Both the position numbers and the translations under genes were made by a program. Of a stretch of DNA of 64,000 nt, positions 11,401 to 17,340 are shown in pieces. The notes beneath the pieces were generated by a model. It was given only the letters and a program-made list of their open reading frames with translations, did not search any database and was not told the origin of the DNA. Every line of letters begins with the position of its first letter. Within the stretch, counting starts at the first letter, position 1. This DNA comes from a virus: positions 96,001-160,000 of the IMG/VR virus record IMGVR_UViG_3300045988_172839; one strand, written 5' to 3'.

Positions 11401-11713
11401 GCGCATCAACAACAACATTCAAACCTGCAGCTTTCGCTTCGGATACCGCATTATCTACCTTGTTACGGTTGACGGTTACATCAAGTGTACCTTCTTTAGC
11501 TTTAGCGCTTTCTTGGCTTTCTAAAGCACTAGGAGTTGGTGCGTTTTGTACTTGTTTGGCATTTGTAGCATTATTTGTTACTTCATCCGCACTTACAGTA
11601 CCACTACTTAAAGCAGTACCCAAAGCTGCAAGACCGAGAATAACACCACAAGCACCATAATGTTTCACTTTACGGATACTTCCGTATGTTTTTGTTTCTG
11701 CACTTCTGCTCAT
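5462..11713 (-). CDS. antigen I/II-family LPXTG adhesin (2083 aa)
   Basis: YSIRK-type signal (YGSIRKVKHYGACGV), Ala-rich repeat region, central variable domain, Pro-rich region (PPEVPNPPEVPELK...), five ~177-aa tandem C-terminal repeats, LPNTGG sorting signal with RKRKEDR tail. Confidence 0.85.
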   Translation of the reverse strand: MSRSAETKTYGSIRKVKHYGACGVILGLAALGTALSSGTVSADEVTNNATNAKQVQNAPTPSALESQESAKAKEGTLDVTVNRNKVDNAVSEAKAAGLNVVVDAPADGGTATSSSDLEKRQKEIEQNYDNQAEVVKKEADRFKEEVATRNQEIKIVKEENAKAKKDYEDAQAKYQTDLKTANDKNAQIDKNNQVKHEQHLAKVEAIKSENEQIKKDNQAAKSRYEKAVADQVAKNAQIDKDNAAAKSAYESELGKWTERKTQSDADMTTYRQKLEQYRKDLEVANTRNAEIDKTNKANKDAYTKAVEARNKENEAIRKANSTAQAAYESALAELNKRNAQIDKENKAEQDKYDAAMTRYKLAKATYEEELKTYNREVDEVKKKPILAQGNGVTLYGTLNESKRGSMDYYSDVTAVFTPEKGLEVVEGALGANSKTTLTLDKDLQEDPNVAKGLYGNTERLGGKIITGIKQGSTFTLHNVGRTTTGKTISARLVSRTTPSKSFDIPGNKDTYTRLWVWWYKDGSQGPISPIGFNPYNYLNNEWDIHYYDEATGRPLNLGTTTIYADLDYTQAVRHTYNTDEDTGAVINPPGSEVARTTYKGKQVWMGIHSDGTHTSDDDTGLKRWKAGDPYYTDVNDFFDTPKGTILTVGKGAVHKLTYLAEGLRGTQTYTEAQAREYRRVTDYEDKFYGRKIQTDFELYAAGYAFQLWGGKSVVKKLVPPEVPNPPEVPELKQKEKDTLNKPVPTPEKPPVERPTEVGHVPLPKEPPKPSEFTEKKPNEPKYNEKDKTPIVPPVENPLKPLPTETPDVPHVPLPPAPPKPVEKPVPTPISPRTIHVRYALLKTTPEVEKYVKNNLGANINKSNVPKMSEVVWELETKPLPRNREVTEVYEIHDNLPQGYQLNLAKTQAQNSDYTITYDESAHRLTGVLKKSGIDKINANLSTAYNVPVLKVYGEVTNDNAVYKNNFHLNLNNKYEVYSNIVEVTTPGGTKPVKVNYNKDGVKIDGKQVLAGSVNYYHVTMDYSKYKGIKGGSDAIQKGFGVVEDYPEEALDIERGEIRAFDSNGAEVKGITEYHFNSIEEVKDPKIKAILETSGIKPKGAFQVFMADNPQEFFDKYVSKGNSVTIVDSMRVKQSLDRKGASYQNTAYQVDFGNGYQADIVENRVPKTDPHKKNLNAKGVDINGKQVLAGSTNYYTLTADYSDYKGIEAEKDRVAKGFYFVDDYPEEAVDIDTNGIKVVDSKGQAVKGYTSKVYKSVADAPKEVQDALKLQGYQPKGAIQVIEFENRTEFYNKYVRAGEVLTLTVPMTVKAHLNQTGAKYENTAYQLDFGSAKVTETVVNSVPAPKPNKANFNAAHVNINGKQVLAGSTNYYELTVRYDQYKSIEADEDKIQNGFFIADDFPEDVVSINEKDVKVLDSKGNEVEGLKQTIYNSLADAPEKVQKAFAKRNIQPKGAIQVFEAVDPVAYYNKYVKTGETLTVKNPMTVSAKLNQTGAKYQNTAYQLDFGLVAETETVSNSVPKTNPHKKNLNKAGVSINGKPVVAGTVNYYTLTADYSAYKGIEADANRIANGFHIVDDFPEEAVSVNENEIVVKDSKGNLVTGLKSTVYKTLADAPKGVQESLKSAGYTPKGAIQVLTAENPTEFYDKYVKTGEVLTITNPMTVRKEMLGKVAEYKNTAYQLDFGLAMVTETVVNKVVKPNPKKANFDKVGVNIDGKQVFAGSTNYYHVTADYSQYKGIQADKSRIAQGFFIADDYPEDVLDVLSDGIKLSDSKGQEVKGLKYTIYESIEKAPEVVRNALIERGFKPKGAFQVWEAENPEEFYAKYVQTGDTITIINPMKIKEQFGKTGGKYENTAYQIDFGVAEVTTTVVNNIPKFETKKDVVISIGDKESKDGQKITLGQIFYYSFTGTLIPSNRADDLFEYKFVDDYQETHDRFDGKYKVIAKRDFVTADGKHFKAGDDLTTYAWLKEDKAKGQLEIGLKEEFLRSITKDSEFQADVFVEMTRIQAGEVENKVSHIVNGIEVSSNTVKTRTDVPPTPTKPTPKTPQLPNTGGGDTAALSVGGYGLLALLGLSFLGRKRKEDR
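6070..8740 (-). repeat. five tandem ~531-bp coding repeats (C-terminal domains of the adhesin)
   Basis: protein units each start N(L/F)N..GV.I(N/D)GKQVLAGS(T/V)NYY..T.DYS.YKGI; the DNA landmark (g)tttaccat(c/t)(a/g)at recurs near 6600, 7130, 7660, 8190, 8720. Confidence 0.8.
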
Positions 11714-11833
11714 GTAAAATTCAAATCCTTTCTTTTACATAAAATAAATTTTGGTAAGTAAACCTTACCAACTAATCATCTAAACAACCTCATTCAAACA
11801 TAAATCGGAAACGAGCTTGTTTCTACTTTGACA

Positions 11834-11862
11834 ATTATAGCACAAGGGTTAATAGTAGTCAA
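11834..11862 (-). promoter_or_regulatory. sigma-A-type promoter of the antigen I/II gene
   Basis: TTGACT-17-(TGc)TATAAT; leader about 110 nt. Confidence 0.65.
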
Positions 11863-11951
11863 GGTTCAAACTCAAAAAACTTAGAAAAAGCCTATATTTT
11901 GCCAATTATTTAATATGCTAAATCTAATAAAAGTTGGGTTAAGTTTAATAA

Positions 11952-12821
11952 CTACAACCCAACTGAGGTTAAATATTCCAAAGTATTTACCCCATTAGTA
12001 TCTTGTGGGTAATACAGATTCAACTGACGTTTCATTAAATTCCACTGATGCGACATATCTAAAACAGTCCAATTTGATAATTCAGATTGTAATAAATTAA
12101 CAAATTTAACAACATCAAAGTCGTAAGGATACCACTCAACCGCTTTGCTATTACTTTTCAAAGTTGTCCCAAAAGGTTGCATTTTAATCTGCTTATCTCT
12201 GTGTAAATAAACCCGCTTTAGAAATAAGGAATTTTCACCTACACCTAAACTAAACCCTTGATCAAACAACAAAGAAGTTCTAAAGCAATTTAAGTCAGAA
12301 TCAAACATTAAACCAAAATTTTGAAAATGTCTATCTGTATTTATGAAGATTGTATCTAATGTCACAAAAGCTGAGAAATATCTATAACTATCGTCGTAAG
12401 AAACTTGACCTTTAGAATACCACCTGAGTATATTTTGTAATTCCAATACTCGGTCTTGAATAGACAAACGCAAGTACTTTTTATCCATCCAATATTGAAA
12501 CAAGACTATTCGCCTATCTTCACTAGGTTTATTCCAATATTGTTGATTTATCTTATTAACTAATTTTGAATCAAAAGCATAAAGATAATCTAATATAATT
12601 TGAAACATAGGTATAAAAGAATATCTAGGTTTATAAGAAGGACTTTTACTGATATTTGGGAAAATATACCGATACGGTACAAAGTCTTTAAAAGATGTAG
12701 ACTCTAAAAATAGAGAAATTAAAAACTCCGATAGAGCTTCACCACCAAACGAATCTACCTTCAGAAAGTACTTTCCATCATAATGTTTAGGTTGATTACC
12801 TTTAGGAGACAATGACATCAC
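11952..12821 (-). CDS. HipA-like kinase domain protein
   Basis: GNQPKHY near the N-terminus and INTDRHFQNFGLMF catalytic-loop-like motif as in HipA_C kinases; start (GTG 12821 or ATG 12818) overlaps the TGA of the upstream ORF. Confidence 0.55.
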   Translation of the reverse strand: MMSLSPKGNQPKHYDGKYFLKVDSFGGEALSEFLISLFLESTSFKDFVPYRYIFPNISKSPSYKPRYSFIPMFQIILDYLYAFDSKLVNKINQQYWNKPSEDRRIVLFQYWMDKKYLRLSIQDRVLELQNILRWYSKGQVSYDDSYRYFSAFVTLDTIFINTDRHFQNFGLMFDSDLNCFRTSLLFDQGFSLGVGENSLFLKRVYLHRDKQIKMQPFGTTLKSNSKAVEWYPYDFDVVKFVNLLQSELSNWTVLDMSHQWNLMKRQLNLYYPQDTNGVNTLEYLTSVGL

Positions 12822-13165
12822 ATAGCACCCCCTGCGCGTAATACATCATAATAGGATTGGAAGCCTTTATTATATGGTTCGTCAAATTCAAGCCAAAAAC
12901 CATCTTCAACATCACAAGCTCTATGCGAAAGCAACTCATCCAATAAGGTAGGGTTTTCTTTCCCAATAATTTGACGTCTTCCCCAATGTTCAGGTATTCT
13001 ACGAGACTCAAACTCCCCAGTGAAACCTCGCTCAGTTAAATCATAAAAAGTAAATCTATTTGCAAGAGGAATATCTAAAACTTCAACTTTCGCAACCGAG
13101 TCATCAGATAAAACCAAGTTTGCAACACTCGTATCATAATGTTTCAGAACTGCGTTTAATACCAT
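12818..13165 (-). CDS. hypothetical protein translationally coupled to the HipA-like gene (115 aa)
   Basis: ATG at 13165 (MVLNAVLKHYD) has an AGGAGG RBS and a TTGACT-17-TAAAAT promoter at 13194-13222; the longer track ORF (to 13282) would run through that promoter. Confidence 0.55.
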   Translation of the reverse strand: MVLNAVLKHYDTSVANLVLSDDSVAKVEVLDIPLANRFTFYDLTERGFTGEFESRRIPEHWGRRQIIGKENPTLLDELLSHRACDVEDGFWLEFDEPYNKGFQSYYDVLRAGGAM

Positions 13166-13193
13166 AGGAAACCTCCTGATTTTATTATGAAAT

Positions 13194-13222
13194 ATTTTAC
13201 CACAAATCAAACAAAAAGTCAA
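13194..13222 (-). promoter_or_regulatory. sigma-A-type promoter of the HipA-like pair
   Basis: TTGACT-17-TAAAAT. Confidence 0.6.
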
Positions 13223-13247
13223 GAGTAGATACCTTTGACTTTTTAGT

Positions 13248-13391
13248 TTATAAGATATGGAAGAGCTGTAGTAAGTAAGCAACGATTACAAAAACTACTA
13301 CAACCGAAAAGATAAAACGTAGGCTTTTCTTAATGGTCTTTAAAATCAATCCAAGAATAAAGCCAATAAGCAATAAGGTAATAAAGTTCAT
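13248..13391 (-). CDS. possible small hydrophobic peptide (47 aa)
   Basis: ATG ORF MNFITLLLIGFILGLILKTIKKSLRFIFSVVVVFVIVAYLLQLFHIL with two hydrophobic helices; fills an otherwise empty gap; below the track size cut-off; weak RBS. Confidence 0.3.
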   Translation of the reverse strand: MNFITLLLIGFILGLILKTIKKSLRFIFSVVVVFVIVAYLLQLFHIL

Positions 13392-13414
13392 AAACTTAAA
13401 CCTATAAACTCAAA

Positions 13415-14371
13415 TTAGTGAAACGCACTAACTAAAGAGTCCCACAAAGACTTAACCCAATCAACTGCCTTCTCAAAAACACCATGCTCTTCCGCAGATT
13501 TTAAGAACTTCCCTACACTCTCAGAAATATTGTCTTTCAAGTCTCCCAACTGATTTAAAACCTCTTTCGAGTCAATCGCAGAAGTAGACTGATACCCTTT
13601 AGCGAATTGAACAAGTTGAGAGACTTGTTCATCTGAGATAATACCATCAAGCTTATTGTCTTTTAGAGCTTTCTTAACAATTAGCTCGACTTTCTTATCG
13701 TCAGCCACTTGACCTTTGTTTTGCTTTTCTTTTGCTAGTTCAGTTTTAATTTGAATTAAAGCGTTATCTAACAATTTACTATCAAAGCCTTTAGCATCTT
13801 TGTTAGCTTCAGCAATCTGAGCAGTTGTTGAAACTTCTTGGTTGGCAATCTCAGTTCGTTTTGCATCTACTTCTTGACCGTTTGCTTCAAGAGCCTTAGA
13901 AACACCAACTAAGGCAGACTCACCTGTTACTTTTACAGGGGCAGACACTTCAATCGCTAAATCTGTTGCTCCTGCAGTTATTGCAGCATTGCGATATTGA
14001 GTCTCAGTTACACGTGTAATATTATCTGGAGTCACAATTTTTACTGTTATACCCTTGCCTTTGTCTTGTTTGGCTACCAAGGTAGAAGAAATCAAAGAAA
14101 CACCGTTAACATCCGACTCGTTCATATACTTACCGTAGTCTTTCTTAGAAACTACTTGGCGCTTCACATTTGCTACATCATTCACATTGAAAGATTTATT
14201 AACCTCTTCAACTTGAGAGTCTGTTAAGCTACCACCGTAAACCAAAGTAGGTTTGCCCCACTTCTCATCAATCATGTCTGTTTGAATGCTAGCGTGTACT
14301 ACTTGCGTTCCCAATCCCAGAGCTAGGATAGATAAAGCGGATACCGAGAGGTATTTGATTTTGTTTTTCAT
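13415..14371 (-). CDS. secreted protein, DUF1002-like
   Basis: signal peptide MKNKIKYLSVSALSILALGLGTQVVHA, then KPTLVYGGSLTDSQVEEVNKSFNV, which resembles the YpuA/DUF1002 family from memory; own promoter at 14428-14456. Confidence 0.5.
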   Translation of the reverse strand: MKNKIKYLSVSALSILALGLGTQVVHASIQTDMIDEKWGKPTLVYGGSLTDSQVEEVNKSFNVNDVANVKRQVVSKKDYGKYMNESDVNGVSLISSTLVAKQDKGKGITVKIVTPDNITRVTETQYRNAAITAGATDLAIEVSAPVKVTGESALVGVSKALEANGQEVDAKRTEIANQEVSTTAQIAEANKDAKGFDSKLLDNALIQIKTELAKEKQNKGQVADDKKVELIVKKALKDNKLDGIISDEQVSQLVQFAKGYQSTSAIDSKEVLNQLGDLKDNISESVGKFLKSAEEHGVFEKAVDWVKSLWDSLVSAFH

Positions 14372-14427
14372 AATAGAAATCCTTTATTTATAACTAATTT
14401 GACTTACTGTTTCGTAAGATTGACTTC

Positions 14428-14456
14428 ATTATAGCACCACTACAAGAAAAATGCAA
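14428..14456 (-). promoter_or_regulatory. sigma-A-type promoter of the DUF1002-like gene
   Basis: TTGCAT-17-(TGc)TATAAT. Confidence 0.6.
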
Positions 14457-14461
14457 GAAGA

Positions 14462-14486
14462 AAACCAAAGCAGTTAACTTTGGTTT
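14462..14486 (-). terminator. hairpin directly after a stop codon
   Basis: AAACCAAAG-7 nt-CTTTGGTTT; weak U tract. Confidence 0.45.
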
Positions 14487-15059
14487 TTATTTTAAATCTT
14501 TAGTAAGGGCTCTTAAACTTGCGTTGTATTCAATTCGAGAAAACCCTAACTGTTTAGCTAACGGATAATAACTTTTCTGAATTAAATCTAGTAAAGCGTC
14601 TTCTGACTCATAATTTCTACCGAACCAAACTAAATCGTTATAAATTTCACCTAACCAACACAACTCTTTAATTGAGGTCAAGTCGTCAAAGAGCCAACCA
14701 CCATTACCATCACCTTCAGCAAATCGTAAATCATAAGACTTATCTTTCAATCGAGAATTGACATTTAGAGTCAGTTTTGCTGTGTTCCGGTAATTCTTAC
14801 TATCTGTTCTAAACTCAGTCTTAGCAGTAGTTCGGAAAAGTTTAAGTTGATACCCCAATGCTCCTGATGGTTTATAGTAGGTTAAAATGTAACCTCTTGC
14901 ATCATAAGAGAAAATAAAGCAATTTTTCTTACTTGGTTTATCCGGGAAAGCTTGCATTAAAACTAAGTAATTCGATTTTGCCACCACAACTAAACGTTTT
15001 AAGAAGTCTGCGAACTTAACTAGGTCTTTTGTTTGTTCATCTAGGTCTTTATAATTCAT
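14487..15059 (-). CDS. small paralog family, group 1 member
   Basis: likely start ATG 15059 (MNYKDLDEQTKDLVKF) with GAGG RBS; N-terminus M.Y.(D/E)L and C-terminal LAKQLGF.. helix shared with 15089, 15640 and 16230 ORFs. Confidence 0.65.
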   Translation of the reverse strand: MNYKDLDEQTKDLVKFADFLKRLVVVAKSNYLVLMQAFPDKPSKKNCFIFSYDARGYILTYYKPSGALGYQLKLFRTTAKTEFRTDSKNYRNTAKLTLNVNSRLKDKSYDLRFAEGDGNGGWLFDDLTSIKELCWLGEIYNDLVWFGRNYESEDALLDLIQKSYYPLAKQLGFSRIEYNASLRALTKDLK

Positions 15060-15088
15060 ACATAAAACCTCACAAAACCTCACAATAG

Positions 15089-15622
15089 TTAATTCTGAAA
15101 GTAACCTAGTTTCTTGTAAAGATAGGTTTGTAAGTCTAGGTCTTTGTTAATTTCATTAGTTGAAATTTTCATATCTTTAGCCAGTTTTAGTGCTTGATCT
15201 ACTAAATCTTCAAATAGAAGGTTACCCATGAGTTCGTAAGCTAGAGGTACAACCTCTTCGTTTGTTTCCAAACCAACACCTTCATACTCATCCTCTGCTA
15301 CCGTTGCAATCTGGAAAACCAAAGAATCACCATATCCTAAATCACGTTTATTAGCTTTATACTCTGCAAAAACTTCATTACCTTGAACCTTAATTAAGAA
15401 AGACTTAGAAATATTAGAACCTTTAGTATATAAACGCAAGTAAAGAGTATCCTCATCTAACCGTTCTTTACTCCAAGAAGTAGAACCTCTATCGTAAGCC
15501 ACTTTACTCAATATTAATGGAATGTCCTGTTCTTTTTGATAACTCAAATGAGTTAATAACCCAATTAAATAACAGAACTTAATTACCTTCTGTTCAACCT
15601 CATTCAATTCTTTGTATTTCAC
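15089..15622 (-). CDS. small paralog family, group 1 member
   Basis: GTG start with GAGGTG RBS; MKYKELNEVEQKVIKF N-terminus and ALKLAKDMKISTNEINKDL C-terminus match neighbours. Confidence 0.65.
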   Translation of the reverse strand: MKYKELNEVEQKVIKFCYLIGLLTHLSYQKEQDIPLILSKVAYDRGSTSWSKERLDEDTLYLRLYTKGSNISKSFLIKVQGNEVFAEYKANKRDLGYGDSLVFQIATVAEDEYEGVGLETNEEVVPLAYELMGNLLFEDLVDQALKLAKDMKISTNEINKDLDLQTYLYKKLGYFQN

Positions 15623-15639
15623 CTTGTTTTCACCTCAAT

Positions 15640-16214
15640 CTATTTAACTTTAGAACTACCTAAACTTCTCAACACCTTTTCGTTGTATTGACCTAAATAA
15701 TAAGCAATCGTTTCAGCTTCACGTGTTATTGAGTCCTTATCAAGACCCAAAGCGTGAGCCAATTTTACAAACAAACTACCAAAACTAGCACCAACCCAAA
15801 AGATGACTCTAAGTTCTTAGAGTCAACTGTTTCAAAAGCTCTCAAATAAGTAATAAGTTTGCTTTCATCCCACTCACCATAGGAACCCAGCTTAGTTAAA
15901 GGGAGTAAAAAGTTGGTTTCATCACTGGATACCCCTCGCTTATAAGTCCAAAAACTAACATCTAAATACTCAAAATTGTCTAAAGATAAACTAACTTTCA
16001 ATTTCGGAAACCCATTGGAGCGAAATAGAATTAAATCATAAAACTCCCCATTCGACTCTCCTGCAAAACCTCCATTGGTGAACGTTGAGATATATTGAAA
16101 ATCTCTTAATTCAGAAAATCGATGAGGTTCTTTTAAACATAAACTTAGCAAATCCATAAAAGCTGCAAAAGACAGAAATACTTTGTCTTCTGTGTTTAAA
16201 TCTGTATAGCTCAT
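15640..16214 (-). pseudogene. small paralog family, group 1 member with a frameshift near the 3' end
   Basis: track ORF 15765..16214 ends in an atypical tail SSFGLVLVLVVCL; the -1 frame continues as FGSLFVKLAHALGLDKDSITREAETIAYYLGQYNEKVLRSLGSSKVK* (stop 15640-15642), which matches the family C-terminus; frames overlap at the run cccaaaa (15795-15801). Confidence 0.55.
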
Positions 16215-16229
16215 ATAATACCCCTCAAA

Positions 16230-16694
16230 CTAAACCCACAACTTGTTTGTATTGCTATAAATCATTGTCAATCTGTTTAAATCTTGAGTTATCTTTTTCT
16301 GAGAAAGACCCAAAGCTGTAGCCAATGAAACTGTTAAGGATACCAACTCTAAGAATAAAGGAGTTTCTAAATTAGCATAAGCAATCAAACTTAGTTCTTC
16401 GTTCAAATCAATCGAATAAAAATCTTCATCATCCGTAATTGTTGCTAAAAGGAGATCCAATGTATCATCTTCATTGCAACTAGATTTACCAAAGAAACGT
16501 AAAAGCCAACTTGTGCGTGTTTGCGCTAAGTAAATACTCTGAACAATATCACTACCTTCTAACTTAACTAAGTCTCGAACCTCAGAGTCACAGTAGTCTA
16601 ATTCCACAAAAGTGTTGTTCTTAGCGGAAAACCTACTACTATGTACAGGTAGCGGAGAATCATCAATAGAACCGTGTACTAAATCAACCAACAA
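16230..16694 (-). CDS. small paralog family, group 1 member (start unclear)
   Basis: C-terminus LATALGLSQKKITQDLNRL matches the family; no in-frame ATG, only TTG; a 20-bp tandem duplication sits at the 5' end. Confidence 0.5.
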   Translation of the reverse strand: MLVDLVHGSIDDSPLPVHSSRFSAKNNTFVELDYCDSEVRDLVKLEGSDIVQSIYLAQTRTSWLLRFFGKSSCNEDDTLDLLLATITDDEDFYSIDLNEELSLIAYANLETPLFLELVSLTVSLATALGLSQKKITQDLNRLTMIYSNTNKLWV

Positions 16695-16727
16695 ACTACA
16701 TAGATAACCAACAAACTACATAGATAA
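16688..16727. repeat. perfect 20-bp tandem duplication
   Basis: ccaacaaactacatagataa occurs twice back to back (16688-16707, 16708-16727) at the 5' end of ORF 16230..16694. Confidence 0.9.
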
Positions 16728-16806
16728 TGAAATTTAATTTGAAGTTGGTTTGGTTCATTTAACTCTTTGAATTTCATTTAGAAACCTCTTAATATTTAAT
16801 AAATTT

Positions 16807-16835
16807 AGTATAACATAAAAAGTTAATTATTACAA
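16807..16835 (-). promoter_or_regulatory. sigma-A-type promoter
   Basis: TTGTAA-17-TATACT. Confidence 0.5.
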
Positions 16836-16844
16836 GTGAAAACT

Positions 16845-16870
16845 AAAAAGCACCCAACCGAAGTTGGATA
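16845..16870 (-). terminator. intrinsic terminator, UUCG loop
   Basis: minus strand AUCCAAC-UUCG-GUUGGGU then GCTTTTT. Confidence 0.65.
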
Positions 16871-16880
16871 CCTTTACCTA

Positions 16881-17312
16881 TTAGCTAAATAACTCTTCCA
16901 AGCAACGAAGAATTTCTTTTCTATCAAACCAATTAGCATAATTTACAAATTGAACTTGCAAGTTCTTTGTGACTTCACTAAAGTTGAAGTAGAAACCTTG
17001 TTCTCTAGTACCACTACGCTCATACTTCCCATAATCATAGTAATCTTCTGAAATTAAGTCAATAGAGAACGTATATGTACAGTCCTTATTTATATAAAAA
17101 GTTACTAAAACGTGTTGTACTGTTCCCAAAGAATCAACAAAAGAATCACGGAAAACAACAGGTTCACCACTCTTGGAAACTGTAACAGTTCTACGCAGTT
17201 GCTTTAAACACTGCAAGACAGAAGATCGTTTGAAAAACTCTTCAAAATAAGTATTTTGGAAGTTTTCTAAGCGTGGTTGACTGTCTGCGAAAAGTTCGTT
17301 TACAATACTCAT
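16881..17312 (-). CDS. hypothetical protein (143 aa)
   Basis: ATG ORF followed by UUCG-loop terminator; no motif. Confidence 0.65.
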   Translation of the reverse strand: MSIVNELFADSQPRLENFQNTYFEEFFKRSSVLQCLKQLRRTVTVSKSGEPVVFRDSFVDSLGTVQHVLVTFYINKDCTYTFSIDLISEDYYDYGKYERSGTREQGFYFNFSEVTKNLQVQFVNYANWFDRKEILRCLEELFS

Positions 17313-17340
17313 ATTTTCACCTCATCAAAAATAAATCAAA

